This document shows positions 39,373-59,401 of a stretch of 64,000 nucleotides of DNA, one piece after another. The notes below the pieces were generated by a model. It did not search any database. It saw only the letters and a program-made list of their open reading frames with translations, and was not told the DNA's origin. A program made the position numbers and the translations under genes. Position 1 is the stretch's first letter, and every line of letters begins with the position of its first letter. The DNA lies in assembly GCF_009914755.1 (NCBI RefSeq), contig NC_060940.1; one strand, 5' to 3'. The DNA comes from the human T2T-CHM13v2.0 reference genome, Homo sapiens.

Positions 39373-40666
39373 TGAATTTTATTTATTTATTTTTTGAGAC
39401 AGTCTCGCTCTGTCGTTGACACGGGAGTGCAGTGGTGCGATCTCAGCTCACTGCAACCTCTGCCTCCCGGGTTCAAGCAATTCTCTGCCTCAGCCACCCG
39501 AGTAGCTGGGATTACAGGTGCCCGCCACTGCGCCTGGCTAATTTTTGTATTTTTAGTAGAGACAGGGTTTCACCATCTTCGCCAGACTGGTCTTGAACTC
39601 CTGACCTCGTGATCCACCTGTCTTGGCCTCCCAATGTGCTGGGATTACAGGCGTGAGCCACTGTGCCTGGCCTTTTCTCTTTATTGTTAAAGGAAAGCTA
39701 ACTTATGTACTTCTGCAAACAGGAGAAGCCTAGAATCAACCAGACGAATTCAGTGTGCAGTGCACAGGTGGTTCTTGGCCTTGTGAGCTTCCAGCTTAAT
39801 GAAAGCATCAGGCATTACTATAATTACACAAGTAAATGTGTAATCGCAAACTGTGATAACGGTGCACGACATACTGTTTTCAGCCCAAAATGTGAGTGGT
39901 GCTATAATAATCATATCTAACCCTTATATAGTCTTACTAACGTGCCAGGGACTGTTCTAAGTGCTTCACCTGTACTAGCTCATTTTATTTTTTTGAGACG
40001 GGGTCTTGCTCTGTTGCCCAGGCTGGACTGCACTGGCATCATCTTGGCTCACTGCAACCTCTACCTCCTGGGTTCAAGAGTCTCCTACCTCAGCCTCCCA
40101 AGTAGCTGGGATTACAGGTGCCCGCCACCACACCCGGCCTATACTAACTCATTTTAAGCACACAAAAACTCCTGGGTATGGCCGGGTGTGGTGGCTCATG
40201 CCTGTAATCCCAGCACTTTGGGAGGCCGAGACAGGCAGATCACCTGAGGTCAGGAGTTAGAGACCAGCCTGACCAACATGGTGAAAACCTGTCTTGTCCC
40301 ACATTTCCAGTCTTTATTTTTATTCATTTATTTATTTATTTTTGAGATGAAGTCTCACTCTGTCGCCCAGGCTGGAATGCAGTTGTGCTATCTGAGCTCA
40401 CTACAACCTCTGCTTCCTGGGTTCAAACAATTCCCCTGTCTCAGCCTCCTGAGTAGCTGGGACTACAGTCGCATGCCACCATGCTCAGCTAGTTTTGGTA
40501 TTTTTACTACAGATGGGGTTTCACCATATTGGTCAGGCTGGTCTCGGACTCCTGACCTCAGGTGATCCACCCACTTTGGCCTGCCAAAGTGCTAGAATTA
40601 TAGGTGTGGGCCACTGCACCTGGCCTTCCAGTGTTTAAAATCAGCATTTTTTTTTCTTTCTTTTGA

Positions 40667-40831
<165 letters not shown>

Positions 40832-40948
40832 TAGACGGGGTTTCACCTTGTTGGACACGGTGGTCTTGAACTCCTGACCTCGTGATCTACCTGCCTTGGC
40901 CTCCCAAAGTGCTGGCATTACAGGCATGAGCCACCGCGCCTGGCCTAA

Positions 40949-41305
<357 letters not shown>

Positions 41306-41316
41306 TAGGTCAGTCA

Positions 41317-43469
<2,153 letters not shown>

Positions 43470-43506
43470 GCCATGATTTCCATAGCTGGGATTTGGTTCT
43501 TTCCAC

Positions 43507-44315
<809 letters not shown>

Positions 44316-44419
44316 CCACTTTTTCATTATTACAGAGAATGCTGCAGACTGGGGTTGGTGGCTCATGCCTGTAATCCCAGCACTTTGGGAGGCCGAGGAG
44401 GGTGGATCACCTGAGGTCA

Positions 44420-44659
<240 letters not shown>

Positions 44660-44965
44660 TTATGGATCAATTGAGTAAGTCTCCTTCAGCATTAGAGGAA
44701 AAAAAGAAAGTAGAGGAGAATGTACTACCTACAGAATTGTTTTTTAAAACATCTCCTTAAGTGTATGCTTATGTGTACAAGGTTATGATATAAAATACAT
44801 TTCTTCACTCGGGGTGTGGGCAAAACAAGTTGGGAAAATACTCCTTCAGTCCCTTTTCCCCGATGTGTAAAATGGGACGAAACCCTGGACTTCATAACAA
44901 TGTGCAGGGCGCGGTGGCTCACGCCTGTAATCCCAGCATTTTGGGAGGCCGAGGTGGGTGGATCA

Positions 44966-45559
<594 letters not shown>

Positions 45560-45676
45560 AATCCATCACCTTTTCTATCTCCACTGCCACCACTGTAGAC
45601 AGGCACCATGTCTTGCCTGGACAACTGCAATAACTCCTTAACCACCTGCTCTTTCTCCACCCTGCCCCCATTATAA

Positions 45677-46112
<436 letters not shown>

Positions 46113-46549
46113 TGAACTGCTGGCCTCAAGCGATCCGCCTGCCTCCGCCCTCCCAAGTGCTGGGACCTTCCTAGAATTAGGCAGAAAAGCCCAAACTCCT
46201 TCCTCTGGCCTGCAAGGCCCTCCCTCCACCTCCTCAATCTCCTTTTCTCACTCACCCTCTCGAACTCCTGACCTCAGGTGATCCGCTCGCCTCGGCCTCC
46301 CAAAGTGTTGGGATTACAGGCGTGAGCCACCGCACCAGGCCTATTTTCTCACTCATCCCCTCGCTCCTGTCAACCCCTCCAGGCAGGGGCCTTGCAATTG
46401 CCCCTCCTTATGGAACACTTTCCCTGGGGATCTTCCCGGACTGGTTTCCTCTCATCATCCAGGTCTGGGCTCAGAAGTCGCCTCCTTAGAGAGGCCCTCC
46501 GGGATTGCCCATCCGCCTGTGCCCACGCTTTGTCCCGTTCCTCTATTTT

Positions 46550-47150
46550 TATTTCCTTTCCCGCTCGCATCCCTCTCTGGGACGAAGTCGCCCCATCACT
46601 CGTGGGAACCTCAGGAAGGCAGGGGAGGCGTCTTGGGCACTTGGGGACAGCGACGCCTCCTCGCGGGGTCTCGGGTTCACCCTGAGTCTCCAGCCCGCGT
46701 AGCCTCAGCACCGCTCTCCACACCGGGTCCGGCGACTTGGAGCTGCGCCGCGGTTTACGTTCCGGGTCGGCGGGCGGGGCCTCGTCGGCGGCCAGGCTCT
46801 ACTTCCGGGGCGGGGCGGCCGGGGCGGGGCTCCTGTCTCCCGGCCTGTCTGGAGCTCGGCAGCCGCAGAAGCGGCAGCGGCGGCGGCGCGGCGCAGGCAC
46901 CGGCCCGGGGAGAGGCACCATGAGCGGTGAGTGGCGGCCCCGCCGCTGTCACCTGCCCCGGCCGCCCCGGCTCCCGCCGCTCCAGCTGCACACTCCGGCC
47001 CCTGCGTCCTCGCGCCCCGCTCCCTCGCAGACCCCCTCCCAGTCGCTCCCTTTTCCAGACCCCTGGCCCCCAGGACTCCCGGCTCGTGGCCCCTGCTCAC
47101 CTGCGGGTCTCTGATCTCCCGTGGCGGGGCACTCCTGGTCTCCTGACTCC
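46550..47150. promoter_or_regulatory. SNX29: CpG-island promoter of SNX29 with GC boxes (GGGGCGGGGC ~46807 and ~46821) and ETS-type ACTTCCGG (46801-46808)
   Basis: Dense CpG, very high GC, TATA-less. Confidence 0.9.
46920..46926 (+). CDS. SNX29: SNX29 first coding exon (ATG AGC G = Met-Ser-Gly...); intron 1 runs beyond the window
   Basis: Kozak GGCACCATG, consensus donor G|gtgagt; SNX29 begins MSGSQ (recalled) and neighbours TNFRSF17; exon 2 not found in the window. Confidence 0.85.
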
Positions 47151-48764
47151 TGTCCATCCATAAAAACCAGCTCCTAAACCCCTGTCCCCAGTTGTTCCAG
47201 TCCTGCGATCCCCTTGCCTAGTGTCCAGACCCCCAGTTCTGAGACCTCCCAGGTCTCAGTCTCTCCTAACTCCTAGACCCGCTGCGTCCCAGCTCCAGTT
47301 CCAGGTCCCCCATCCCCAGTCATCCCCGCTACCCAGGCCCCTGGTCTCCAGTCCCTGCAGTTTCCACACAGGCATAGTCTTTCTGGACAGTTAGTTTGCT
47401 GACCCCAGTACCCCCGTGTCCCAGGAGCTTCTGGTCCCCAGAGGAGCTCAATTCTGCAACCCGTTTGTCTTCCCCATCCCTCTCATCCCTCCCACCCCTG
47501 TTCCCAGTGCTTTGCTCTTCCCATCACCAGTTCTTCCCAGTTACCCACTCGGCTTCCCTCTCCGGTCCTGGCTTTTACATTTCGATGATCCTTGCATATT
47601 CCATCCTTTTCCATGTCTTATCCTGGCTCATCATTATCATTTAAGATCTCTCTTGCCTTGTCCTGCAGCCCTTCCCTTCTTGTCCCGTGCCCAGCCCATC
47701 TGGGGACCGTCACTTCGTCCTTCTTCTTCCCAGTCCAAACTTCTTCCTCTCACCATCGAGGGGGTGGTGTTGATGGGGATGCTGGAAGTGAGAGGGAGGT
47801 GGGTGTGGGCAGCTCGTCCTCAATGTTTTCTGAAGTTTAGTCCCTTGACTCTACCCTCCTTTCCTCTGAGGAGTCTTATTGGTGTTTTGGTGCTAAGTCA
47901 TTCCTGGGTGTTGTATGTGGAGATGGGAGTGACTCAGGGAAGCCTCTCAGCTCTCCCCTGACTGTCCAGCCACTCTGGGATCTGGATTTATTTAGGAAGC
48001 CCCGCCTATCCTCCTAGTGCCTGTTTTCCCCTCACTGTGGAATTGTTTCTGAGGATCCCTGCATCCAGCCGTCCTGGCCGTTGTCTTCCACTCAGGCATT
48101 TCTGGAGGTTGAGCGGGGGGCAAGGCCAAGGGATACTGCTGTCTTCAATTTTAACTTTTAAAGTTATCTCTGTGGACCTTTTTTGTTGGTTGGTTGTTTA
48201 AACAAGTGATGTGCCTTTTGTTTTTGTTATTCAAGGGCAAGATTTGTGAAATGGACAGTCCTAATAATGAGGGGGCTGGTGAGGGGGAGTTTCCTGGGAG
48301 ATAATCCACCTTTGGTTGCAAATCAAATGATTTTAAGCCTAAGTATGGTTTCTGATTCGTGAATGTTAGTAATACCTCAATAAAGATGTTATGAGCTGGC
48401 TTCCCCCAGGAGCTGAAGTAGGTTGGTGTAAGTGCAGGCCCTGAGGCCAGACATCCTGGGTTCAAATCTTGGCCCTGCCACATAAACCTGTGTTATTTAA
48501 GAGTAAGTTCTCGACCATTCTGGGAGTCCCAGCAAAATGAGGATACCTAGTAGTACCTATCTCCTAGGCTTGTAATGACTAAATAACATTCATCAGTTAA
48601 AGTGACTGGTACTGTGAATATCACGAGGTGCATTGTCAGAATCTCAGAGCTGCCTGCTGTTGTTTCTGCAAGAGCTCATGTGGGGTAGGAGTGGGGTTGT
48701 TTTTGCCTAGTTATGAGAGGAGGGCTGGGACTAGGCACTGTCTGAAAATCTTTTCCTTTTACTA

Positions 48765-49088
<324 letters not shown>

Positions 49089-49168
49089 TTAAAAAATCAT
49101 TACGTCTGCTGGGTGTGATGGCTCACACCTGTAATCTCAGCACTTTGGGAGGCAGATGCAGGCTGTCA

Positions 49169-49465
<297 letters not shown>

Positions 49466-49621
49466 TTAGGAAAAAGCATTAAGGATGAAAACCTTCTTTT
49501 GGAAACATTGTAATTGAGGCAGAAAAAGTGGTCTGTGAAAATGGAAGGGGAAGTCCAACGATATATTTTGTTTCTTGAGAATGCAGTTGAAAGTGGGTTT
49601 CCCCACTTGTGGGGTGGGTAA

Positions 49622-49979
<358 letters not shown>

Positions 49980-50179
49980 TGAACTCCTGGCTTCATATGA
50001 TCCACCTGCCTCAGCCCCACAAAGTGCTGGGATTACAGGCATGAGCCACTGTGCTCCGGCCGTAACATTTTATTTTATAGTGTATTTTAAAAACTCAGAA
50101 TTTAAGTAAGGTTTAAACAGTGCACATTGGTTTGTGTTTTAAATCTTTTAGGTCTCTCCCTCACCTCCTGTTTATTTTA

Positions 50180-51080
50180 TTTTTATTTTTTAGTATTTTC
50201 AGAGCCGTGTAAACATCACCGTAGTTAATTTCACAACATTTTAATTACCTTAGAAAGAAACTTTGTACCCATTAGCAGTCATTCATCTTTCCCCCTCCCC
50301 TCAGACCCTGGGAACCACTCATCTACTTTCTGTCTCTGGATGTGCCTGTTGTGGGTATTTCATATAAATGAAATCATACAGTATGTGACCTCTCTTATCT
50401 GGCTTTTTTCACTCGGTATAATTTTCCTGAGGTTAAACCACATTACAGCATATATCTGTACTTCATTCCTTTTTGTGGCCACATTATATTCCTTTATGTG
50501 GATATCATATTTTGTTTATTCATGCATCAAAAATGGGCATTTGAGTTGTTTCTACTTTTTAGCTGTTCTGAATAATAATGCTGCTATGAACGTTCACGCA
50601 CATGTTTTTGTGGGGGCAAGTCTCTTCATTTTTCTTGGGCATGTTTGTAAGAGTGGAATTGCAGGGTCATATGGTAACTGTTTAACCATTTGAGGAGCTG
50701 TGTCAGACTGTTTTCTAAAGTGGCTGCACCATTTTCAGTTCTCACCAGCAGCATATGAGGGTTCTGTTTCTCCACACCTTCCCCAAGAGTCTTTTTAATC
50801 ATAGACATTCTAGTGAGTGTGAAGTGGTATTTCTTCGTAGTTTTGATTTGCATTTCCCTAGTGACTAGTGATGTTGAGCATCTTATCTTGTGCTTATTGA
50901 CCAATTGTGTATCCTCCTTGGAGAAATGCCTCTTCAGATCCTTTGGCCATTTTAACATTCGGTGGTCTTTTTATTGCTGATCTGTAAGAATCCTCTGTAA
51001 TTTTTAGATACTAGTCCCTTATCAGGTTTATTGTTTACAAAAATTTTCTCCCCTTCCATGGTTTGTCTTTTCATTTTCAT
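50180..51080 (-). mobile_element. L1MB-type 3' end including the ORF2 C-terminus
   Basis: ORF 50626..50958 KWPKDLKRHFSKED..HKIRCSTSLVTREMQIKTT is the L1 ORF2 C-terminal motif. Confidence 0.9.
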
Positions 51081-51147
51081 TTTCTTTTTTTTTTTTTGAG
51101 TTGGAGTCTTGCTCTATCACCCAGGCTGGAGTGCTGGAGTGCAGTGA

Positions 51148-51270
<123 letters not shown>

Positions 51271-52503
51271 TAGAGATGGGGTTTTGCCATGTTGACTGGG
51301 CTGGTCTCGAACTCCTGGCCTCAAGTGGTCCGCCTACCTCAGCCTCCCAAAGTGCTGGGATTACAGGCATGAGCCACCGCACCTGGCCAATTTTTGTATT
51401 ATTAGTGTTGATGGGGTTTTACCATGCTGGCCAGCTGGTCTCCAGCTCCTGACCTCAATTGATCTGCCTGCCTCAGCCTCCCAAAGTGCTGGGATTACAA
51501 GCCTGAGCCACCATGCCTGGGCTCTTTTCACTTTCTTGGTGGTGGTTTTTGAAGCAGTCTTTTTTTAAACTACAGGCTGCCCTTTAATCTCTCTCCTTTT
51601 CCCCCTTGCATTTGTTGTTGAAGGAAACAGAGTTATTTATCCCAAGGATCCTTTGCAGGCCTCTGCTGATTGCATCCTTTTGGTGTGGCATAAAGTGTTT
51701 TTCAGTCTCTTGTATGTGCTATAAATTGGTAATTAGAGTCTGCTGTATTTTTGAGTTGAAAATATTTGAGTAGAGTCAGAGGAGAGATGGGTGCAAAGCT
51801 GAATACATTAAGTACAAATAACCAGGCAGTGGAATGGCGCTAGGTAATATATATATACAAGATAAATGGGTATCATGAGGCCAGAAACAACTAAGATGAC
51901 CATTAATTGGGGAGTAGGTAAACCTAGTGTGCTGTGGACACCTGACGGAAAGCCTCAGAAATGTTAAAAGGATTGATACGGATTCATACACATCACCGTG
52001 GCTGCATCTCAACGTTAATGTTCTGTAAGAAAAGCAGGGTGGGTCTGGCGTGATTGCTCACGCCTGTAATCTGAGCCCTTTGGGAGGCCCAGTTGGGAGG
52101 ATTGCTTGAGTCCAGGAGTTTGAGACCAGCCTGGGCAACATAACGAGATCTCATCTCAATTAAAAAAAAAAAAAAGCAGGGTGTAGAATTATACCTAAAA
52201 TATATACCTTGATGCAAATTAAAACATACTGAAGACAATATTTATGGATTCATATATGTATGTAGACCTAAAAAGATTATCAGGAAGAAAGATGCCTGCC
52301 AGACATGTGTGGGTGGTTATTGTAGGGTGGTGGTCACAATTTGTTTATTTTTCTTTAAAGAACCCAGTAGATAGGAATACTTGATTGCCCACCTCTTCAG
52401 ACTATGTAAGGAATGCTGATTTTCAGATATGTGTTTGTTGTTACTGGGAAAGTAGAACTCGTAGAGCCAGAAAGTCATTATACTCAAGTTTTGTCTTTTG
52501 TAA

Positions 52504-52752
<249 letters not shown>

Positions 52753-53969
52753 TAGCCAGGACGGTCTCGATCTCCTGACCTCGTGAACCACCTGCCTCGG
52801 CCTCCCAAAGTGCTGGGATCACAGGCGTGAGCCACCGTGCCCGGTCTCCATCAGTAAAGGAGACACTGAGATTCCTGTTTCAAGGGTGAGGAAAGCCAGG
52901 CCCATAGTGATCAAACAATTTGTGTAACAGATGAGCTCTAAGATTCATCATATATCAGAGTTTTGGGCTTAATGGGTAATTTACTGCTGTTTCTTGCCTG
53001 ATGTTAATGTATATTTTGGCAGCTTTTTATTAAAAAAATTTTTTTTTAATTAACGAATATTTTTTTGAGACAGATTCTCACTGTGTTGTCCAGGCTGGAG
53101 TGCAGTGCCACTATCTTGGCTCACTGCAACCTCTGCCTCCTGGGCTCCAGTGATTCTCTTGCCCCAGCCTCCTGAGTAGCTGGGATTACGGGCGTGCACC
53201 ACCACGCCTGGCTAATTTTTTGTATTTTTAGCAGAGATGGGTTTTGCCATGTTGCGCAGGCTGATCTCAAAATTCTGAGCTCAGGTGATCCACCTGCCTC
53301 GGCCTCCCAAAGTGCTAGGATTGCAGGTGTGAGCCACTGCGCCTGGGTTACAATTTTTTTTTTTTTTTGTAGAGATTGGGTCTTACTACGTTGCCCAGGT
53401 TTATCTGGTACTCCTGGCCTTAAGCCATCCTGTCTCAACCTTCCAAAGTGCTGAGATTATAGTTGTGAGCCACTGTGCCCAGCTGCTTTTTCTTAGTTTT
53501 CTGGAATGTTGAAGGTCACAGTTTTCTCCTCGGCACTGACTGGGCCCTCTCTGACAGTAGCTTGTACTTAGAATAAATAATCAGCTGAAATGAATGAATG
53601 AATGAAAAAAGAATATTTGTGGTTTTCATTCAAAGTAGAAAAGTGATGCTATCAACATTTTTTCCCCCTTGTGAAGGCACTGGATTGATCTATGATGGTG
53701 GAATGCAAGAAGTACATGTTCTACCATCAGCAAACAGTTGACCCCCACCTCTGCTAGCAACTGGCGATGGACTAGGTCCTACTGATGTTGGCTATCTTGC
53801 CTCCTGGTTGCTTGACTCCAGGTAACTGATAGGAACTCAAATGCTTAGAGCTCTTAAAATTTGGAACTAAAATCCAAGATTTTATAGATTTCTCCAAATT
53901 GTGGCAATGTGAGCATATTTCCAGATAAAGCACCTTCCATCTGCCACTGTCTTGTCTATACATAGGCCG

Positions 53970-54170
53970 TATATTTGCAGTGGGGGTGATATCACCCCCA
54001 AGGGGGTGAACACTGGTTCTCAGGAGAGAAAAAAAACTTACTTGGATGTATAAAGCACAGATAGGCATATAGTACATAAACAGATGTACATTGTATCTGT
54101 GGTATTACTTTTTCATGGAGGGGATGATTAGCAAAAAAGTGTCTAAAAAGTGTCCTTAGGGGGAAAGAAT
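53970..54170. mobile_element. hAT-Charlie-like element (MER119-like)
   Basis: ggggtgatatcacccccaagggggtgaa..ctggttct; family recalled, uncertain. Confidence 0.4.
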
Positions 54171-56837
54171 GAAAAAGATTGAGCTGGACACAGTGGCTCA
54201 CACCTGTAATTCCAGCACTTTAGGAGGCTAAGGTGGGAGGATCGCTTGAGCCCAGGAGTTTGAGACCAGCCTGGGCAACATAGTGGGACCCATCTGCCGG
54301 TCTTTGTACACACACACACAAATTAGCTGGATGTAGTGGTGCATGCCCATGGTCCTAGCCACTCGAGAGGCTGGGCTGACGTGGGAGGATCACTTGAGCC
54401 TGGGAGGTTGAGGCTACAGTGAGCCATGAATGTACCATTGCACTCCAGCCTGGGTGACAGAGCCAGACCCCTCAGACCCTGTCTCAAAAAAAAAAAAAAA
54501 GAAAAGAAAAGATTGAGACTGATATAGGCTGCAGTAATTGTATTATTATCATACAACTTTGCATCTTGCTTTCACCATTAACATTTCAGGACAAAACTTT
54601 ACCACATTGCTCCATGGGCTCACTATTGATCACTTTTATGGAATGTACAGTCCATCATTCATCATTTTGCATGTAGTACAACTTTTAACTATTGATTCTA
54701 GTTGTAGAAACTTAGCCTATCTTCCTCTCTCCCTCTCCTCCCTCTCTCCCTCTCTCTCTCCCTTCCTCCCTTTCCTCTCTTTTTCTTTTGAGACAGGGTT
54801 TTGCTCTGTTGCCCAGGCTGGAATGCAGTGGTGATACAATTATAGCTCACTGCAGCCTTGATCTCCTGGGCTCAAATGACCCTCCCACCTCAGCCTCCTG
54901 AGTAGCTAGGACTAAAGGTGCGCCACCACACCCGTCTAACTTTTTCATTTGGTGTAGAGACAGGGTCTCAGTATATTGCCCGAGCTGGTCTTGAACTCCA
55001 GACCTCAAGTGATCCTCCTGCTTCAGCCTCCCAAAGTGCCAGGATTACAGGTGTGAACCACTGTACCTGGCTTTCCTTCTTTCTTTTTTGTTTCTGTTAT
55101 AAGTAATGATGCAGTGAACATTTTTTTTTCAAGGTAGTTTTCCATCCTTTAGATTATGTCTGTAGGGAGATTTTCCAAAAGTAGCATTAACATCGAAGAG
55201 TTTATCACTTTTGATTCATTTTTTTTTTGGCCTATAATTAAACTCAGTTGAATTGATTTGATTTTTTCCAAAGTGGTTGCACTAGTTTCAATGCTGCTAG
55301 TAAGAATAAGGGCTCTGGTGGAAGCAGAGGTTGGCCAGAAATTTGGGGTTCAACATTCAGCAAACATTGGATGATAGTTTGGTGCATCCTCTATCACTTA
55401 TCAAAAGGTTGTTACCACTGGGGTCTGTTGAAGCAAAAGGATGTTGTTGGGACCGTGCTGAGTGTGTTAGCCAGGGCTCTTTTCAGTGGAATGTGGCAGA
55501 AGCTGATGAAACTGATTTCAACAGCATGGGAATATATGGTGTCTTGTAATGGAAAAGTCTAGACATAGGGCTGGCTTCAAGCTTAGCTGGATCCACGTGT
55601 TAAAGGACTATCAGGATTATCTTTCTGTCTGGCTGTCAACTCGTCTTTTCTCTCTGTTGGCTTCACCCACAGGCAGCCTCTCCTCCATGGAGCGGGCTGG
55701 CCATGTGGTCATCCTGCAACCCATCACTGTGATTTTGGTTGGCCAGGTCTGGACCATAAGTCTAGTCTGGAGCCTGTGGCTGGGAGTCCATCCTACTAAA
55801 TTGTCTGGATGGAGGATGAACTTCAGGGGAAGGGCTGCTGTAATTTTGGATGGGGTGGTTAGGAATGTGATGTGGCAGCAGAGGCTTCCTGAGGCAGGTG
55901 GCTCCTAGGTTTTCTTCCTGAGCAGCTGAAAGGGGTTGGAATTGCCTTATCTTTTTTTTTTTTTTTTTGAGATAGAGTCTTGCTCTGTCACCCAGGCTGG
56001 ACTGTAGTGGCGTGATCTTGGCTCACTGCAACCTCTGTCTCCCATGTTCAAGTGATTCTCCCACCTCGAGCGCCACCATGCCTGGCTCATTATTGTATTT
56101 TTCGTAGAGATGGGGTTTCACCATGTTGGCTAGACTGGTCTCGAACTCCTGACCTCAGGTGATTCACTGACCTCGGGCTCCCAGCGTGCTGGGATGACAG
56201 GTGTGAGACACTGTACCTGACCAGAATTGCCTTTTCCTGAGGTGGGAGAGCCAGTAGGGGAGCAGGTTAGGTGGGGGCTGAGCAGTTTGAATCCTGCAAG
56301 GGGAGTGAGGACTCTTTTCCTTGCCCTGACTTTTTGCTGTCCGGGAGCCCTTCAGAGACCTGGCACTAGTGTTTCCTCTGCTCACCCAGGCAGTACCCCG
56401 CTTCCTCCGAGGAGGGAAACTTGCCCACTCCATCTCATTTTTCTTCGCTTGCATCTGTGTTTCTTGGAATCTGCTCTTTCCTCCTACAACTTAAAAAAAA
56501 AAAAAAAAAAGCGAAAACCCAAAATGACATTAAAAACTATTGTGAAAACAGAATATACCTTTAAATATACATTCCTGGCACATTTAATATTTAAATTTGT
56601 AGGTATTCCTCTTCTGCCTTTGTTCAAAGCATACACTATATATGCATTTTGCATAACTGCATTGTATCTCCGTTTGAGCGTTTCTGCTTACATGATAGCA
56701 CTTATCCACGTTCCTTCTCTTCACGATTCTTTGAAAAGGCAGCATAGCATTCCACCAAATTGATGTACCGCAGCTATTTAACCTCTCTCCCATTGCAAAA
56801 GACCGTCAATTCCATTTATGGTGTTCTAGGATAGGAT

Positions 56838-57051
56838 TGGTAGGCGTTTCCTGTGAAGGGCCAGATAGTAAATATTTTCTACTTTGTGGGCCATCTGGTC
56901 TCAGCCTCAAGTATTCATTTCTGCTGTCGTAGTTTGAAGGCAGCCACAGACCATGGGTAAGTGAAAGGACGTGGCTGTGTTCCAATAAAACTTTATTTAG
57001 AAAAAGTCAGCAGCTGGATTTGGCTCGGGGGCTATAGTTGACTGACCCCTA
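56838..57051 (+). mobile_element. MER58A-like DNA transposon (inverted copies at ~58880-59090 and ~60950-61190)
   Basis: gtgaagggccagatagtaaatatttt ... ggctgtgttccaataaaactttattt. Confidence 0.8.
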
Positions 57052-57151
57052 CACTAGGACACTGCAATACAAATCTTCGTGCCCATTGATGCTCAGGAAG
57101 TCATTGTGTTATTACGGAAAAGCTTCGGATACAGACAAGTTCTGGATTTAA

Positions 57152-57370
<219 letters not shown>

Positions 57371-58305
57371 TAGAGACGAGGCCTTACTATGTTGCCTAGG
57401 GTGGTCTTGAAGTCCTGAGCCCAAGCAGCCCTCCCACCTTGGTGTCCCAAAGTGCTGGAGTTACAAGCGTGAGCCACTGCACCCGGCCTGGGCAGATTTT
57501 TGAACTTCTCTGACTTTTACTCTTTTTTTTTTTTTTTTTGAGACAGAGTCTCACTCTGTCACCCAGGCTGGAGTGCAGCGGTGTGATCACTGCAACCTCC
57601 ACCTCCTGGGTTCGAGTAATTCTCCTGCCTTAGACTCCTGAGTAGCTGGGACTACAGGTGCGTGCCACCACGCCCAGCTAATTTTTGTATTATTAGTAAA
57701 GACGGGGTTTCACCATGTTGGCCAGGCTGGTCTTAAACTCCTGGCCTTGTGATCTGTCTGTCTTGGCTTCCCAAAGTGCTGGGATTACAGGCGTGAGCCA
57801 GCATGCCTGATTCTGACTCTTACTCTTAATTCCCTTTTCAGAAAATGGAAATTAAAGCAAGTAATGAATGTATAGTGCGTTTCTCAGGACCTGGAACATA
57901 GAGGACCAGGTGAAATTGTTATTTGTATCTTTTCTCATTTCCCCTGTTCCTTTTTAGCTTAATTTCCAAGGTGTGAAAAGGGATTTTGATTTATTTTTGT
58001 AGCTTTTGATATGCATTGCCACATCGCTTTTCAGAACTTACTGCACCCATAGATTGTTACCAGTGGTGTGTACTTGATTTATCATAGCTTTACCAGCATT
58101 GGGGAATTTCACTTTAAATGTTTCTTGGAGGCTGGGTACGGTGGCTCATGCCTGTAATCCCAGCACTTTGGGAGGCTGAGGCAGGTGGATCACCTGAGGT
58201 CAGGAGTTTGAGACCAGCCTGAACAACATGGTGAAACCACACCTCTACTAAAAATACAAAAATTAGCTGGGTGTGGTGGCGGGTGCCTGTAATCCCAGCT
58301 ACTCA

Positions 58306-58431
<126 letters not shown>

Positions 58432-59098
58432 TTATTGGTTAATTTGTAGTTACATAATGGTGCCATGTGGTAGTTATTAATAGGCATATAATTTACATTT
58501 CTCCAACCAGGAGGGAAGATATTCTTTCTTTTTTGAGATAGGATTTTGCTGTGTCACTCAGGTTGGAGTGCAATGGTGTCATCAGTGCTCACTGCAGCCT
58601 TGACCTATAGGCTCAAGTGATCCTCCCACCTCAGCCTCCCTCATAGCTTGGACTACAGGTGTGTGCCACCACACATGGCTAATTTTTAAAAAACTTTTTG
58701 TAGGGACGGGGTGTCACTGTATTGCCCAGGCTGGTCTCAAACTCCTAGGCTCAAGCAATTCCCTTGTCTCTACCTCCCAAAATGCCAAGACTACGGGTGT
58801 GAGCCACCATGCTTGGCCTATTGTCTCTTTAAAGTTTTTGTACATTGCCATGCTAGTGTTTTTTTTTTATTTTGTTTTCTACAGCAAGAACTGGTGAACT
58901 GGGTTGGCCTCCTGTTTTGCAAATAAAGTTTTATTGGAACAAAGCCATTTCTATTCAATTACTGTTGTCTATGGTTGCTTTCAGGCTGCAATGGCAGAAT
59001 TGAGTAACTGTGACAGAGAGTGTATGGCCTGCAAAGCCTAAAATATTTACTGTTTTGCTCTTTACAGGAAATACTTGCCAATCCCTGCTCTAGAGTAA

Positions 59099-59401
<303 letters not shown>

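Noticed and set aside
46370-47961. Multiple overlapping ORFs on both strands
   Set aside because: Expected from stop-poor GC-rich CpG island and C-rich intron; only ATGAGCG|gt fits SNX29.
56227-56763. 178-aa ORF in SNX29 intron 1
   Set aside because: Non-ATG start, poly-A-derived lysines, old L1-like sequence; no match to SNX29 exon 2.
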